From NCBI RefSeq assembly GCF_036365525.1, contig NC_090393.1:55876335-55940334 (forward strand): a stretch of 64,000 nt of DNA, read 5' to 3'. Both the position numbers and the translations under genes were made by a program. The notes under the pieces are model-generated. The model had not been told where the DNA came from. It saw only the letters and a list, made by a program, of their open reading frames with translations, and did not search any database. Shown one piece after another: positions 62,666 to 64,000 of this stretch. The DNA comes from Heterodontus francisci (taxonomy: Eukaryota). The first letter of the stretch is position 1, and every line of letters starts with the position of its first letter.

Positions 62666-64000
62666 GATGAAATAACTGAAGGATTGTGGAAATGCTACGA
62701 ATTGGTTTCAGTGATCAGAAAATATTAGGTGATATATCAGTTTTCCTTTTCTTTGTCCAAACTCTGTGCGAGTCTTGAATGTAATTGTTAAATGCCTGTA
62801 GCTGCTCCTCTGCCATCATTAGCACCATTACAGAGAGTTCCTCAGGAGATATCGCAGATGTGCAGATTACAGAACAGTGCCTGGTCAAATGGCTCAATGG
62901 CTAATATACTGCACCACGCAATATGGAGATCGTTTTACCTGTGATGAAGCTTTCATCATCCATTGCTCACACAATCCGTCAGAAAGCAAAGGATAGATTT
63001 CATCCTTGCATTGATATGTTGAAAACTTGTGCAGACTATTTTTAATCTGGCTTGAGAAGACTTCTTTAGCTTGTGATTGATTTACACGACAATGTATGAA
63101 CTTCAGGGGAAGGTAATTGACAACAACAACAAAAAAACTCTTTTAGAAATCAATGCCAGAAGACACTAAAACATCTGAATATAAGCACATAAGAAACAGG
63201 GGCAGGAGTACGCCATTTGGTCTTCCTGTCTGCTCCATTTCATGTTACCTTTTTGGGGGGGAATCTGCACTGTGTCTTTAAGTCAGCAAAGGATCAGTAC
63301 TGCTTTAAGAACAAGCAAGCCTCAGGAGTTATTGAGAAGGTGCATTCTGGTTGCCATTGGATACAACCATACAGAGAGGGAACTGACCAATTTCAGCAGG
63401 TGCATCCTGGTTGCCTTGGACGCAACCATTCAGAGACTGAGAATCGATTATACAATGTTGAGATTGAATTTTGAACAGCTTTTTATTTGAGATAGACTGT
63501 TCTAACAGACAGACAGCTGGGCTAGCATGAAATGAACAGAGATCTCTGTTAATTTAAACTGAAGGGAAGAGAAGGTGGACTGTGACAATCTTTTGTTCCT
63601 CAAAAAAAATGCTAAAACCAAATTGGTTCATTGAAAAGTGTTTGCAAGTTGTTGATCTGCAGTGGTCATCGCTGGATGAAAGAGGAATTGAAGATCGGAT
63701 GTTGGACATTCTTCTCCCCTTATCGAACCCTGGAAGACTGTGAGTGAAAGTTAATCAGAGGATTACTCATCGGGAAGTGTAAACCTGAAAGGACACTTTT
63801 TTATTTTAGATGTTTTTATCTTAGTAGTGTTTAAGAGTTTAGTTTTTTTCTAATAAACAGTTAACTTATTGATCTAAAGACACCTGGTTTGGTTCGCCTC
63901 ATTTGGGGATTGGAGGAGGGGGGTGGGTGGGTAGCGTGGTAATGGACACTTCCATTTAGCTGTAGATTTATTTAATTTGGAACGTTTAAAGTCATATGTT

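Noticed and set aside
63440-63910. Possible LTR near the window end
   Set aside because: Termini, PBS and second copy not demonstrable here.
1-64000. CRISPR arrays, rRNA, prokaryotic operons
   Set aside because: None seen; the sequence is vertebrate genomic DNA.

Overview
Eukaryotic, repeat-dominated DNA from a cartilaginous fish (inferred from a cluster-type Ig light-chain gene and shark-type LINEs, SINEs and Penelope elements; species cannot be determined from sequence alone). The only intact host gene I can support is a lambda-like immunoglobulin light-chain minigene on the + strand: octamer promoter (25654), leader exon (25780-25831), a single V-J exon already joined in frame with no RSS (25947-26297), a 7,037-nt intron and a C exon (33335-33660), giving a 242-aa chain. 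Facing it tail-to-tail is a dead C exon of a different, classical shark type II (lambda) sequence (35708-36434, - strand), split by a hAT MITE. Candidate B-cell enhancer motifs (double octamer, perfect kappaB site) and a possible highly decayed V-J copy (about 23190-23420) surround the gene. Most of the rest is nested transposable elements: CR1, L2, RTE and a tRNA-headed LINE, Penelope fragments carrying hammerhead-ribozyme motifs, copia and gypsy LTR remnants, Harbinger and hAT DNA elements, and SINEs. Most ORFs in the track are TE fragments or antisense noise. All alignments and counts were done by eye; no searches were run.
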